Counted from the stretch's first letter, positions 44,318 to 53,512 are shown. The stretch is 62,435 nt of DNA from an uncultured Anaerolineaceae bacterium (GCA_964425305.1 CAYRMQ010000005.1:1-62435), one strand, 5' to 3'. The notes: generated by a model from the sequence alone, not told the origin. Program-made: numbers and translations.

Positions 44318-46828
44318 TCAGTCGTCCTCGGTCAGGCTGCCGGCGGAGGCCTCGCTGCCTCTCACGCGTGCGCCGAGATCCGTTGCCAGCCGGCGCGTGA
44401 TGCGCGCCACGATCTCCTCCAACTCCGTCTCCGCCAGCGGCCGCTCGAGTGGCTGGAAGCGCAGGCGGTAGGCCAGGCTGACCTCCCCCTCGCCGAGCGG
44501 TGGGCCCTGGTAACGGTCGAAGAGTGACAGGCCGTCGAGCATAGGTCCAGCCTCCCGTCTGATCAGGCGAGCGACCTCGATCTGCGGCAGGTCGCGCTCG
44601 ACGACGACCGCCAGGTCGCGCTCGAGGGCCGGCAGCCGGGCGAGCTGGCCGATGCGCGCGACGCCGGGCAGCAGGCCGCGGAGTTTCTCGACATCGAGCA
44701 TGGCGAACGCCGCGCGCTCGCTGCGGGCGTCGTACTCGGCGAGGTAGCGCGGATCGAGCTCGCCGATCCGCCCGAGCCCGACAGCATCGTCACCGGCGCC
44801 GGCGAATATCGCCGCACTGCGCCCGGGATGCTCGATGCCCGACCACGGCTCGGAGGGCCGGTAGTGCAGGTCCTCGACGTGCAGCCGCTGCGCGAGTGCC
44901 TCGACGATGCCCTTGACGTCCTCGACGCCGGCAGCGCTCCGCGGCTGGGCCCACGACTGGCGCAGCCAATTGCCGGCGAGCAGGATGCCCAGCTGATCGC
45001 GCTGCTGCGGCTCGCCCGCCGCCCACTCGTGGACGGCTCCCAGCTCGAAGATCGCCACGTCCTCGCGACGCTGGCGCTCGTTCGCGACGAGCACGCGCAG
45101 CAGGCCGGGCAGCAGCGACCGGCGCAGCTCCGAGTGGTCGGCCGAGACCGGATTCGTGACGTGGATCGTCGCCGTATCGCCGGCGGCGAAGCCAAGCCGG
45201 GCGTGGTCGGCCGGCCCGATGAGCGCGTAGGTCACGACCTCGGCCAATCCGCGCCCGGCGAGCAGCTGGCGCAGCCGGTCGTGGACGATGCGCGGCTCGT
45301 GGCGGTAGGGCGGCATCTCGGTGTCGGGCAGGCGCGGCGAGAGCCGCTCGTAGCCGTACAACCGGGCGACCTCCTCGCCGATGTCGGCCTCGATCGCCAG
45401 GTCGCGGCGATGCGGCGGCACGAGCGCGACGAGCGCGCCATCACCGCTCACCTCCCCGGCCGGCAGCCGCGGCTCGCCCTCGACGATTGCCACGCCGTCG
45501 TCGGTGGTCGCCGACTCGGTCGCGATGCCGATGCGCCCGAGCAGCTCCTGCATCTGTGCTGCCGGCAGGTCGGAGCCGAGCAGCCGGTTGACGCGCGCCG
45601 GCCGGAACGCGACGCGCCGCGGCGCCTCGCTGATCGGGCTGGTGTCGACGACACCGACCGCCGGCCGGCCGCCGGCCCAGGCCGCGATCAGCTGTGCCGT
45701 GCGGTCGGCGCCCAGCCGTGCGAGGCGCGACTCCTGCCCCTTCTCGAAGCGCGCGCTGGCCTCGCTGCGCAGGCCGTAGCGCTGTGCCGTGCGCCGGATC
45801 GAAATCGGATCGAAGACGGCCGATTCGACGATCACCACCTCCGTCTGCGGCCCGACCTCGCTGTCGGCGCCGCCCATCACGCCGGCGATGCCCAGCGGCC
45901 CGCGCGGATCGGCGATCAGCAGCGTCTCCTCGGTCAGCGTCCGCTCGACGTGGTCGAGCGTCTCCAGCCGCTCGCCGGCGCGGGCACGGCGGACGACGAT
46001 GCGCCCATCGGCGACGGCCGCCGCGTCGAAGGTGTGGATCGGCTTGCCCATCTCGAGCATGACGTAGTTGCTGGCGTCGACGACGTTGACCACCGGCCGC
46101 ATGCCGGCCGCGCTGAGGCGCAGCTGCACGTCGAGCGGCGACGGCCCGATGCTGACCGAATCGACGTAGCGCGCGACGAAGCGCGGGCAGAGCGCCATGT
46201 CCTCGACCTCGACGGTGACGTGGTCGGCTGTCGCGTCACCTGTCTCGGGCACGTCGATGTCCGGCCAGCGCAGCCGGCCGCCGGTGATCGCCGCGACCTC
46301 GCGGGCAAGGCCGATCAGCGACAGCGCGTCGCCGCGGTTGGGCTTGACGTCGACGTCGAGCACGACGTCGCCGACGACATCTTCCAGCGGGCGGCCGAGC
46401 GGGCCGTCGGGCGGCAGGATCAGGATGCCCTCGGCGTCGGCCGTCAGGCCCAGCTCGTCGCCCGAGCAGAGCATGCCCTGGCTGTCGGTGCCCTGGATGC
46501 GCGAGACGCCGATCTGCCGGCCGCCGGGCAGGACGGCGCCGGGCAGCGCGACGGGCACGCGCTGGCCGGCCGCGATGTTCGTCGCGCCGCAGACGATCGA
46601 CAGCGGCTGGCGGCCGTCGGCGACGGCGACCCGCGTCAGCGACAGGCTGTCCGCCGATGGGTGCGGCGTGACCTCGAGCAGCTCGCCGACGACGACCGAC
46701 TGCCAGTCCGAGCCGATGCGCTCGACGCCCTGCACCTCCATGCCCAGCTCGGTCAGCCGGACGGCCAGTTGCTCGGGCGGAAGGTCGAAGTCGACGTAGT
46801 CGCGCAGCCACGAGATCGGGACGCGCAC
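44318..46828 (-). CDS. pheT: phenylalanine--tRNA ligase beta subunit
   Basis: VRVPISWLRDYVDFDL N-terminus, tRNA-binding domain, B3/4, B5 and FDX-ACB C-terminus. GTG 46828 shares one base with the pheS TAG. The 1029-aa track ORF is a read-through artefact. Confidence 0.94.
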   Translation of the reverse strand: MRVPISWLRDYVDFDLPPEQLAVRLTELGMEVQGVERIGSDWQSVVVGELLEVTPHPSADSLSLTRVAVADGRQPLSIVCGATNIAAGQRVPVALPGAVLPGGRQIGVSRIQGTDSQGMLCSGDELGLTADAEGILILPPDGPLGRPLEDVVGDVVLDVDVKPNRGDALSLIGLAREVAAITGGRLRWPDIDVPETGDATADHVTVEVEDMALCPRFVARYVDSVSIGPSPLDVQLRLSAAGMRPVVNVVDASNYVMLEMGKPIHTFDAAAVADGRIVVRRARAGERLETLDHVERTLTEETLLIADPRGPLGIAGVMGGADSEVGPQTEVVIVESAVFDPISIRRTAQRYGLRSEASARFEKGQESRLARLGADRTAQLIAAWAGGRPAVGVVDTSPISEAPRRVAFRPARVNRLLGSDLPAAQMQELLGRIGIATESATTDDGVAIVEGEPRLPAGEVSGDGALVALVPPHRRDLAIEADIGEEVARLYGYERLSPRLPDTEMPPYRHEPRIVHDRLRQLLAGRGLAEVVTYALIGPADHARLGFAAGDTATIHVTNPVSADHSELRRSLLPGLLRVLVANERQRREDVAIFELGAVHEWAAGEPQQRDQLGILLAGNWLRQSWAQPRSAAGVEDVKGIVEALAQRLHVEDLHYRPSEPWSGIEHPGRSAAIFAGAGDDAVGLGRIGELDPRYLAEYDARSERAAFAMLDVEKLRGLLPGVARIGQLARLPALERDLAVVVERDLPQIEVARLIRREAGPMLDGLSLFDRYQGPPLGEGEVSLAYRLRFQPLERPLAETELEEIVARITRRLATDLGARVRGSEASAGSLTEDD

Positions 46829-47886
46829 TAGAACATCTCCAGGAAGCGCAGGTCGTTCTCGAGCAGCGCGCGGATGTCGGGGATGCGGTGGCGCAGGCCT
46901 GCGATGCGGTCGACGCCCATGCCGAAGGCCCAGCCCTGGTGGCGCTCGGGATCGAGCCCGCCGTTGAGCAGCACGACGGGGTGGACCATGCCCGCGCCGA
47001 GGACGGTCACCCAGCCGGTGCGCTTGCACGCCGGGCAGCCCGGCCCGCCGCAGATCAGGCAGCTGATGTCGAAGGCGACCGACGGCTCGGTGAACGGGTA
47101 GTAGCCGGGCCGGAAGCGCGTGCGCGTGTCGGCCCCGAAGAGCGCCCGCGCAAACTCGTCGAGCAGCCCGCGCAGGTGGGCCATCGTCGTGCCCTCGTCG
47201 ACCATCAGCCCCTCGACCTGGAAGAACTCGAAGTTGCGGTCGGCGGCGACGTTCTCGTAGCGGAAGCAGCGGCCGGGCAGCAGCACCCGGACCGGCGGCG
47301 CGACGCTGCGCATGACCCGTATCTGGCCGGGCGAGGTGTGCGTCCGCAGCACGACCGGCGAGCGGCCGTCCCCGGCGCCCGGGGCGCGGACGTAGAGCGT
47401 GTCCCACAGGTCGCGCGCCGGGTGCTCGGGCGGGATGTTGAGCAGCTCGAAGTTGAGCTCGTCGGTCTCGACCTCGGGGCCCTCGAAGGAGACGAAGCCG
47501 AACTGGGCGAAGACGCGCCCGATCTCGGCGATCGTCTCGTTGATCGGGTGCAGCGAGCCGCGCGGCAGCGGCCGGCCGGGCAGCGTGACGTCGGTCCGCT
47601 CGCGGGCGAGGCGTACCTCGAGCGCGATCTGGTCGAGCCGCTCACGACGTTCGGCGATGCGCGCCTCGAGCTCCTCGCGGATCGGATTGGCCAGCGCGCC
47701 GACCTTCGGGCGGTCGGGCCCGGGCAGCTGGCCGATCTGCGAGAGCAGCGCGCGCAGCTCGCCCTTACGGCCAAGGTAGGCCGTCTCGACCTCATCGAGG
47801 GCGCGCGGGTCGGCCGCATCGGCGACCGCGCTCAGCGCGCGCTGACGCAGCTCCTCGAGCCGCTCGGAGAAGGATGCCAGGTCCAC
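46828..47886 (-). CDS. pheS: phenylalanine--tRNA ligase alpha subunit
   Basis: HPINETIAEI, LRTHTSPGQIR, GRCFRYE and FGMGVDRIA are class II motifs of PheS. Confidence 0.95.
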   Translation of the reverse strand: MDLASFSERLEELRQRALSAVADAADPRALDEVETAYLGRKGELRALLSQIGQLPGPDRPKVGALANPIREELEARIAERRERLDQIALEVRLARERTDVTLPGRPLPRGSLHPINETIAEIGRVFAQFGFVSFEGPEVETDELNFELLNIPPEHPARDLWDTLYVRAPGAGDGRSPVVLRTHTSPGQIRVMRSVAPPVRVLLPGRCFRYENVAADRNFEFFQVEGLMVDEGTTMAHLRGLLDEFARALFGADTRTRFRPGYYPFTEPSVAFDISCLICGGPGCPACKRTGWVTVLGAGMVHPVVLLNGGLDPERHQGWAFGMGVDRIAGLRHRIPDIRALLENDLRFLEMF

Positions 47887-47901
47887 GGCGCGATGTCGCC
47901 G

Positions 47902-48252
47902 CTACCTGGCCCGGGCGACCTCGGCGATGCGTGCAAACGTCTGTGCATCGCGCACGGCGATGTCGGCCAGGACCTTGCGATCGAGGGTGACGCCCGCCGC
48001 CTTGAGTCCGCTCATGAGCTTGCCGTAGGTGAGCCCGTGCTGGCGAGCGGCCGCGTTGAGCCGGACGATCCACAGGCTGCGCATCTGGCGCTTGCGCTGC
48101 TTGCGACCGACATACGAGTAGGCCATCGCATGGAGCAGCGCTTCGCGTGCCGGCTTGACCAGGCGCGAGCGCGTGCCGCGCCGGCCCTCGGCCTGCTTGA
48201 GCAGGCGCTTGTGTCGCTTGTGCGCGGTCACGCCGCGCTTGACGCGTGCCAT
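47902..48252 (-). CDS. rplT: 50S ribosomal protein L20
   Basis: MARVKRGVTAHKRHKRLLKQAEGRRG... is the canonical L20 sequence. Confidence 0.96.
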   Translation of the reverse strand: MARVKRGVTAHKRHKRLLKQAEGRRGTRSRLVKPAREALLHAMAYSYVGRKQRKRQMRSLWIVRLNAAARQHGLTYGKLMSGLKAAGVTLDRKVLADIAVRDAQTFARIAEVARAR

Positions 48253-48267
48253 CCTCTTCGATCGCTC

Positions 48268-48465
48268 CTACAGGTTGGGCAGCATCCGGCGCACCTGCGC
48301 CGCGTTACTGCCGTCGACGACCGCCTTGCCCGCGTAGCGGCGCTTGCGGCGTGACGACTTGATCTCCAGATGATGGCCACGCCACGACTTGACGCGAACG
48401 ATCTTGCCGCCGCCCGTCACCCCGAAGCGCTTCTGGGCTCCCTTGTGGCTCTTCATCTTGGGCAT
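48268..48465 (-). CDS. rpmI: 50S ribosomal protein L35
   Basis: MPKMKSHKGAQKRF..TGGGKI...GHHLE is the canonical L35 sequence. Confidence 0.95.
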   Translation of the reverse strand: MPKMKSHKGAQKRFGVTGGGKIVRVKSWRGHHLEIKSSRRKRRYAGKAVVDGSNAAQVRRMLPNL

Positions 48466-48479
48466 GTCGCTGTTCTCTC

Positions 48480-49259
48480 CTACCGCTCGGCCGGTGTCGA
48501 CGCCGCCGGCTGCGGCTGACGGGCGCCGTTCGCCTGTTCGGGTGTCGGCTGGTCAGCGTCCGTCTTCGGCTGGTCGGCCTTCGCCTGCCGGTCGGGCTTC
48601 GCCTGGTCGACGTCGGTCTTCGGCTGCTCTGGCTTCGCCTGTTCGTCGGCCTCCGCCTGGTCGGCTTCGGCGTTGGCATGAGCCGGCTTGGCCGGTCTAT
48701 CTGTCTCTTCCCTTGCTGCTTCGCGCCGCTGCGGCGGCTGCACCTTCGGCTTGTGCGTCGAGGCGATAACGAGCGACATCGAGCGGCCCTCCAGCAGCGG
48801 CTGGCGCTCGACGACGCCATGCTCGCCGACCTGCTCCGCGAACCTGATGAGGAGTTCGCGCCCGAGGTGGGCGTGACTCACCTCGCGGCCGCGAAACTGG
48901 CACGTCACCTTGACCCGGTCGCCAGCCTCCAGGAACTGGACGGCGCGCCTGACCTTGGTGTCGAAGTCACCCCGGCCGATCTTGGGCTTGAGCCTGATCT
49001 CCTTGAAGTCGACCGACCGCTGATGCCGCCGGGCCTCCTTCTCGCGGCGGGCCTGTTCGTACTTGAACTGGCCGTAGTCGAGCAGGCGCGTAACCGGCGG
49101 CGTTGCCATCGGGGCGACCTCGACGAGATCGAAGCCTCGCTCCTGCGCGAGTCGGAGAGCCTCGGCTGTGGGCATCACCCCCAGCTGGGTCCCCTCTTCG
49201 TCCACGACCCGCACCTGTGGGATGCGGATCATCTCGTTTACGCGCAGGTCTCGACTCAG
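48480..49259 (-). CDS. infC: translation initiation factor IF-3 with ~85-aa low-complexity C-terminal extension; probable CTG start
   Basis: RVNEMIRIPQVRVVDEEGTQLGVM, then the KEIRLKPKIGRGDFDTK and QFRGRE motifs of IF3. The in-frame extension upstream of ATG 49232 completes the conserved N-terminus. CTG 49259 lies 6 nt downstream of GAGGGA. There is no ATG, GTG or TTG before the in-frame TAA at 49286. Confidence 0.88.
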   Translation of the reverse strand: MSRDLRVNEMIRIPQVRVVDEEGTQLGVMPTAEALRLAQERGFDLVEVAPMATPPVTRLLDYGQFKYEQARREKEARRHQRSVDFKEIRLKPKIGRGDFDTKVRRAVQFLEAGDRVKVTCQFRGREVSHAHLGRELLIRFAEQVGEHGVVERQPLLEGRSMSLVIASTHKPKVQPPQRREAAREETDRPAKPAHANAEADQAEADEQAKPEQPKTDVDQAKPDRQAKADQPKTDADQPTPEQANGARQPQPAASTPAER

Positions 49260-49343
49260 GCTTGATCCCTCGTGATCTTGTGTTTACGGCAAAACCGCGG
49301 ACGCGCGACGGACATGCCGATGCGCTCGGGCGGCTGCCGCGGG

Positions 49344-49373
49344 ACTATATCACGCGTCCTCCGCGGGCGGCAA
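49344..49373 (-). promoter_or_regulatory. putative infC operon promoter (-35 TTGCCG, 18-nt spacer, -10 TATAGT)
   Basis: Minus strand reads TTGCCG cccgcggaggacgcgtga TATAGT. The resulting ~80-nt leader contains a GC-rich imperfect hairpin followed by TTTT. Confidence 0.3.
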
Positions 49374-49489
49374 CGACGCGCCCCACGGGCCTCGAGCCGG
49401 GCACTGGCACCAGCCTGTCGCTATCTCGTTGTGACGCCGCCGCCGGTTCCTTCTATCACACGACCACGGCCGCCCATCACTGTCTGGGT

Positions 49490-50008
49490 ATGCCTCGTCG
49501 CGCCCTGCTGCGGATCGTGGCCGCTGCTGTTCTCCTCGCCGTGGCGGCCTGCGCCGCCGTCGACACGACCCCTCCTCCGTCGACGCCGAGTCCGGCAACT
49601 GAGCTCCCGGCTGGCCTGCGCGAGACCGAGCTGGAGATCGCCGACGCGGTCAACGAGCGGCGTCGGCAGCACGGCCTCGCTCCCCTGGAGTCACGCGACG
49701 ATCTGGGGGCGGTTGCCCGTGACTACAGCCAGCGCATGCTGGAGGAGGGGTTCTTCGATCATGTCGCGCCCGACGGCAGTACCGTCGCCGACCGCGTCCT
49801 CGACGCCGGCATCATCTTCACCGCGGTCGGCGAGAACCTTTACCTCGGCGACGGCCCCATCGACCACGTCGAGGTGTCCGTCACCGGTTGGATGGAGAGC
49901 CCGGGCCACCGCGAGAACATCCTGCGTGAGGCGTTCACTCAGACGGGCGTTGGGATGGCGCGCGACGGCAACGACGTCCGCATCACACAGATCTTCCTGA
50001 CGCCCTGA
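49490..50008 (+). CDS. CAP/SCP (PR-1-like) domain lipoprotein
   Basis: Lipobox LLAVAAC, then NERRRQHGLAPLESRDDLGAVARDYSQRM...GENL...GWMESPGHRENIL, typical of the CAP domain. Start taken at ATG 49490 within a longer track ORF. Confidence 0.8.
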   Translation: MPRRALLRIVAAAVLLAVAACAAVDTTPPPSTPSPATELPAGLRETELEIADAVNERRRQHGLAPLESRDDLGAVARDYSQRMLEEGFFDHVAPDGSTVADRVLDAGIIFTAVGENLYLGDGPIDHVEVSVTGWMESPGHRENILREAFTQTGVGMARDGNDVRITQIFLTP

Positions 50009-50073
50009 ACCCCGATTCCGTCGCCTGCTTTCGAGTAGAGTGCACCGGCCACGGACCGATCGAGGGGGTCACG

Positions 50074-50835
50074 ATGCCGTCACTTACTCGCCTGCTTCAG
50101 CTCGCCCTGGCCGCCGGCCTCGTCGTAGGCTGCACCGCCGCGCCGCCGGCGACGCCGTCACCCACCGTCGCCCCGCCAACACCGCCACCGCCGACGGCAA
50201 CTCCCGCGCCTGCCACGCCGACGCCCGCTCCGGCGACGCCCAGTCCCCCGCCGACGCCCGGCGCGACGCCGGCGGAGGGGATGGCCTTCACCGGCCGCAT
50301 CGTCAATCACGAGCACGGCTACGCGCTCACGCTGCCCGACGGCTGGCTGCGCGTCGAGCTCGACGAGGCCTTCCTCGATGCGCTCACCGACGAGCTGGGC
50401 AGCGAGGAGGCGGTGGGCGAGTTTCTGGCCCAGTTCGGCGAGCAGCTGCGGGCGATGGTCGCGGCGGGTATGTCGCTGATCGCGTTCCGCGAGGAAGGGC
50501 TGCTGACCGAATCGGCGAGCAACCTCAACGTGCTGATCCTGCCCAGCGGCGGGATGTCGCTCGACGCCCTCGAGAGCCTCAACATCGCGCAGATCCAGAC
50601 TCTGCCTGCCTTCGGCGGCGAGATCGAGAGCGAGCGGGTCGAGCTGCCCGCCGGCGAGGCGGTCTACCTGACCTACACGCTGGCCGACGGTGAAACAGGC
50701 GCGCGGATCCACCAGTACCTCTTCGTCGCCGAGGGCAACCAGTACTGGCTGACCGTAACCGGCCGCGACGGCGATCCGACTCTGGAGGCCGATGCCCGGG
50801 CGATGGCCCAATCCTTGGAGATACTGCCTGACTGA
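50074..50835 (+). CDS. lipoprotein with Pro/Thr/Ala-rich linker, function unknown
   Basis: Lipobox LVVGC, a ~55-aa PT-rich linker, then a globular domain (FTGRIVNHEHGYALTLPDGWLRVE...). No family recognised. Confidence 0.6.
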   Translation: MPSLTRLLQLALAAGLVVGCTAAPPATPSPTVAPPTPPPPTATPAPATPTPAPATPSPPPTPGATPAEGMAFTGRIVNHEHGYALTLPDGWLRVELDEAFLDALTDELGSEEAVGEFLAQFGEQLRAMVAAGMSLIAFREEGLLTESASNLNVLILPSGGMSLDALESLNIAQIQTLPAFGGEIESERVELPAGEAVYLTYTLADGETGARIHQYLFVAEGNQYWLTVTGRDGDPTLEADARAMAQSLEILPD

Positions 50836-51137
50836 GGCCGGCCGTCCCCGCGCGCTGCGGGCCACGTCCCCCACCCACCGGCCTGGCTGGGCAGATGTCG
50901 ACGAAACCGACATAGTGGGCATTTCCCGAGCTCAAGCGCGGCCCGCACCGCCCGATGACTGACCGTCGCCACGCTTAGCGCAGCGCTCCCACGCTGGAGC
51001 GGGCCGCCGCATCCGCCTGTGTCGGTTTGCCGGCCAGGCTTGAGGCCGTCGAAGCGCCAGTTATGTCGACCTCGTCGACATCGAGCGACTCAACGCGCTC
51101 AGAGCCGACGGGGGTCACTGTGGCCGCGGCCGCCAGG

Positions 51138-52961
51138 TCAGGCCGGCCTGCGCGCGGCTGCCTCCTCGGCCAGCCGATCGGCCAGCTCCTCCCAGCCGAC
51201 GGCCACCTGCTGCTCGCCGGCGCGCGTCCGCGGCGCTGCGGCCCGCCCCTCGGCCTCGCGGTCGCCGAGAACGAGCATGTAGGGCACCTTCTGCTCCTGC
51301 GCCAGGCGGATCTTGTTCTGCATCCGATTGGACGAGTCGTCGACCTCGACGCGCAGTCCCCTACCGCGCAGAACGCCGGCCAGCTCGTGGGCGGCGTCGT
51401 TGTGGCGATCAGCGATGGGCACGACGACCGCCTGCAGCGGCGCCAGCCAGAACGGGAAAGCGCCGGCGAAGTGCTCGACGAGGATGCCGATGAAGCGCTC
51501 GAGCGAGCCGTAGATGGCGCGGTGGATGGCGATCGGCCGCTGCGGCTGGCCGCTGTCGTCGATGTACTCGAGGTTGAAACGCTCGGGCAGCATCACCAGG
51601 TCGACCTGGATCGTCGCCATCTGCCACTCGCGGCCCAGCGCGTCGTCGATGTAGATGTCGATCTTTGGCGCATAGAAGGTTCCGTCCCTGGGCTTGATGC
51701 CGAAGTGGGCGCCCGACGTGCGCAACGCCTCCAGGATGAAGGCCTCCGCTCGCTCCCACGCCCGCGGGTCGCCGAGCGCCTTGTCCGGCTTCGTGCCGAA
51801 GACGTAGCGTGGCTCCAGCCCAAACCAGCCGTAGACCTCCTTCACCTCGCCGAGCAGCGCCTGCAGCTCGTCGCCCAGCTGGTCGGGCCGGACGTAGATG
51901 TGCGCGTCGTCCTGCACGAATTGGCGCACCCGGGTCAGCCCGGCGAGCGTGCCCGAGCGCTCGTTGCGGTGGAGCCTGCCGAACTCGGACAGGCGCAGTG
52001 GCAGCTCGCGGTAGGAGCGCACACGCGAGCGGTAGATGAAAGTGCTCTCCGGGCAGTTCATCGGCTTGAGGCTGTAGTCCTGGTCCTCGACCTGCAGCCG
52101 GAACATGTTGTCGGCGTACAGGTCCCAGTGGCCCGACTGCTCCCACAGCTTGCGGTGGACGACGATGGGTGTGCTGATCTCCTGGTAGCCACGCCGCGCC
52201 TGCGACTCGCGGATGGCCGACTCGAGCGTCCGCCAGATGAGCTGGCCCTTGGGATGCCAGAAGGCCGCACCGGGGCTGACGTCGTGGAAGCTGAACAGGT
52301 CGAGCTGGACGCCGAGGCGGCGATGGTCGCGCTTCTTCGCCTCGTCGCGCCGCCACAGGTACTGCTCCAGCTCCTCCTGCGTCGACCAGACCGTGCCGTA
52401 GATGCGCTGGAGCATCGGCCGGTTCTCGTCGCCACGCCAGTACGCGCCGGCGACGGCAAGGAGCTTGAATGGCCCGATCCTGCCCGTCGACTCGACGTGC
52501 GGCCCGCGGCACAGGTCGACGAACGGTCCATGCTCGTAGGTCGAGACCTCCGGCGGCGGGTCACCGTGGGCCTCGGCCGCCGTGCGCAGGTCGTCGAGGA
52601 TCTCGACCTTGTATGGCTGGTCGCGCTCGACGAAGAAGCGGCGGCCATCGTCGGGATCGAGCACGCGGCGGACGAACCTGTGGTCGGCCGCCACGGACTG
52701 CGCCATGCGCGCCTCGATGCGCGCCAGGTCGTCGGGGGTCAACGGCTGGGGCAGCTCGAAGTCGTAGTAGAAGCCGCCCTCGATTGCCGGCCCGATGCCC
52801 AGCCGCGTGCCGGGGAAGAGGTCCATCACCGCCTCGGCCATGACGTGCGCGGCCGAGTGGCGCATCGGGTCGAGCGGGTCACCGGCCTCGGCGTCGAGTA
52901 GCTCGTCGGCCGAGCCGCGCGCGGGTGCCTCGAACTCCAGTGCCTGTTCTTCGACTGCCAT
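51138..52961 (-). CDS. thrS: threonine--tRNA ligase (lacks N-terminal TGS domain)
   Basis: Editing-domain HSAAHVMAEAV begins about 33 aa from the start. Class II catalytic core and anticodon-binding domain are present. ATG 52961 is preceded by GGGAG 9 nt upstream; the track uses TTG 52970. Confidence 0.95.
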   Translation of the reverse strand: MAVEEQALEFEAPARGSADELLDAEAGDPLDPMRHSAAHVMAEAVMDLFPGTRLGIGPAIEGGFYYDFELPQPLTPDDLARIEARMAQSVAADHRFVRRVLDPDDGRRFFVERDQPYKVEILDDLRTAAEAHGDPPPEVSTYEHGPFVDLCRGPHVESTGRIGPFKLLAVAGAYWRGDENRPMLQRIYGTVWSTQEELEQYLWRRDEAKKRDHRRLGVQLDLFSFHDVSPGAAFWHPKGQLIWRTLESAIRESQARRGYQEISTPIVVHRKLWEQSGHWDLYADNMFRLQVEDQDYSLKPMNCPESTFIYRSRVRSYRELPLRLSEFGRLHRNERSGTLAGLTRVRQFVQDDAHIYVRPDQLGDELQALLGEVKEVYGWFGLEPRYVFGTKPDKALGDPRAWERAEAFILEALRTSGAHFGIKPRDGTFYAPKIDIYIDDALGREWQMATIQVDLVMLPERFNLEYIDDSGQPQRPIAIHRAIYGSLERFIGILVEHFAGAFPFWLAPLQAVVVPIADRHNDAAHELAGVLRGRGLRVEVDDSSNRMQNKIRLAQEQKVPYMLVLGDREAEGRAAAPRTRAGEQQVAVGWEELADRLAEEAAARRPA

Positions 52962-52982
52962 CTTGTTCAACTCCCGCGAATC

Positions 52983-53019
52983 AGAAAACCCTTCGTCCGT
53001 ATCGACAGGACGAAGGGTT
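52983..53019 (-). terminator. intrinsic terminator of the thrS T-box leader
   Basis: Minus strand: AACCCTTCGTCC tgtcgatac GGACGAAGGGTT followed by TTCTGATT (12-bp stem plus U-run). It lies about 25 nt upstream of the thrS ATG. Confidence 0.8.
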
Positions 53020-53270
53020 CATCCCTCCGCGGTTCCACCCGCCTTCGCCGTCGCTCTCCGCGCGGGACTCTCCGCGCGGGAGCGGTCGACGCTCTCGTGG
53101 CCGCGCTAACGGGCGGCGCCCGGACCGGTTCGCCGGTCGCTCACGGGTGGTACACCGGCATCCGACTACGACCGCCCGGGCTTCCAGCCGGCCGGTTTCC
53201 ACCACGCCGACCCGGGCTCTCTGAGGTCACGGACGCGGGCGCGTGTCCCGATCGTCGCGTTGAGTTATGA
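52983..53270 (-). promoter_or_regulatory. T-box leader (Thr specifier) controlling thrS
   Basis: On the minus strand:
- AGAGAG followed by GGTGGAAA (Stem I AG bay and distal loop).
- ACCACC in a candidate specifier loop (53151-53146).
- T-box sequence GGGTGGAACCGCGG (53040-53027).
- The terminator hairpin.
- A TATACT -10 at 53283-53278. Confidence 0.8.
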
Positions 53271-53512
53271 GGGCCCGAGTATAGCGATATGCGCCACGGC
53301 GGGCCCGTGATGCAGGAGGTGACAGACAACCTTGTCGTCGCAGTGACTACTCTCGGCTCTGCGATGGCTGCCCACGGCGCCCGGACACAGTCGCGCGGGG
53401 TCACGCCTTCAGTGATGGTCGGCGGTCCGCCGGACCGAGCGAGGGCAGCACGGCCGCGTTCGCTGACGGCTGAGCCGCGCGAAGTCCGACGGGCGCCTGC
53501 CGGACACGGTCA

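Noticed and set aside
49260-49343. L20-binding leader or attenuator upstream of infC.
   Set aside because: An imperfect GC-rich hairpin followed by TTTT exists, but I cannot match it to the L20 leader model by eye. Only the putative promoter is listed, at low confidence.
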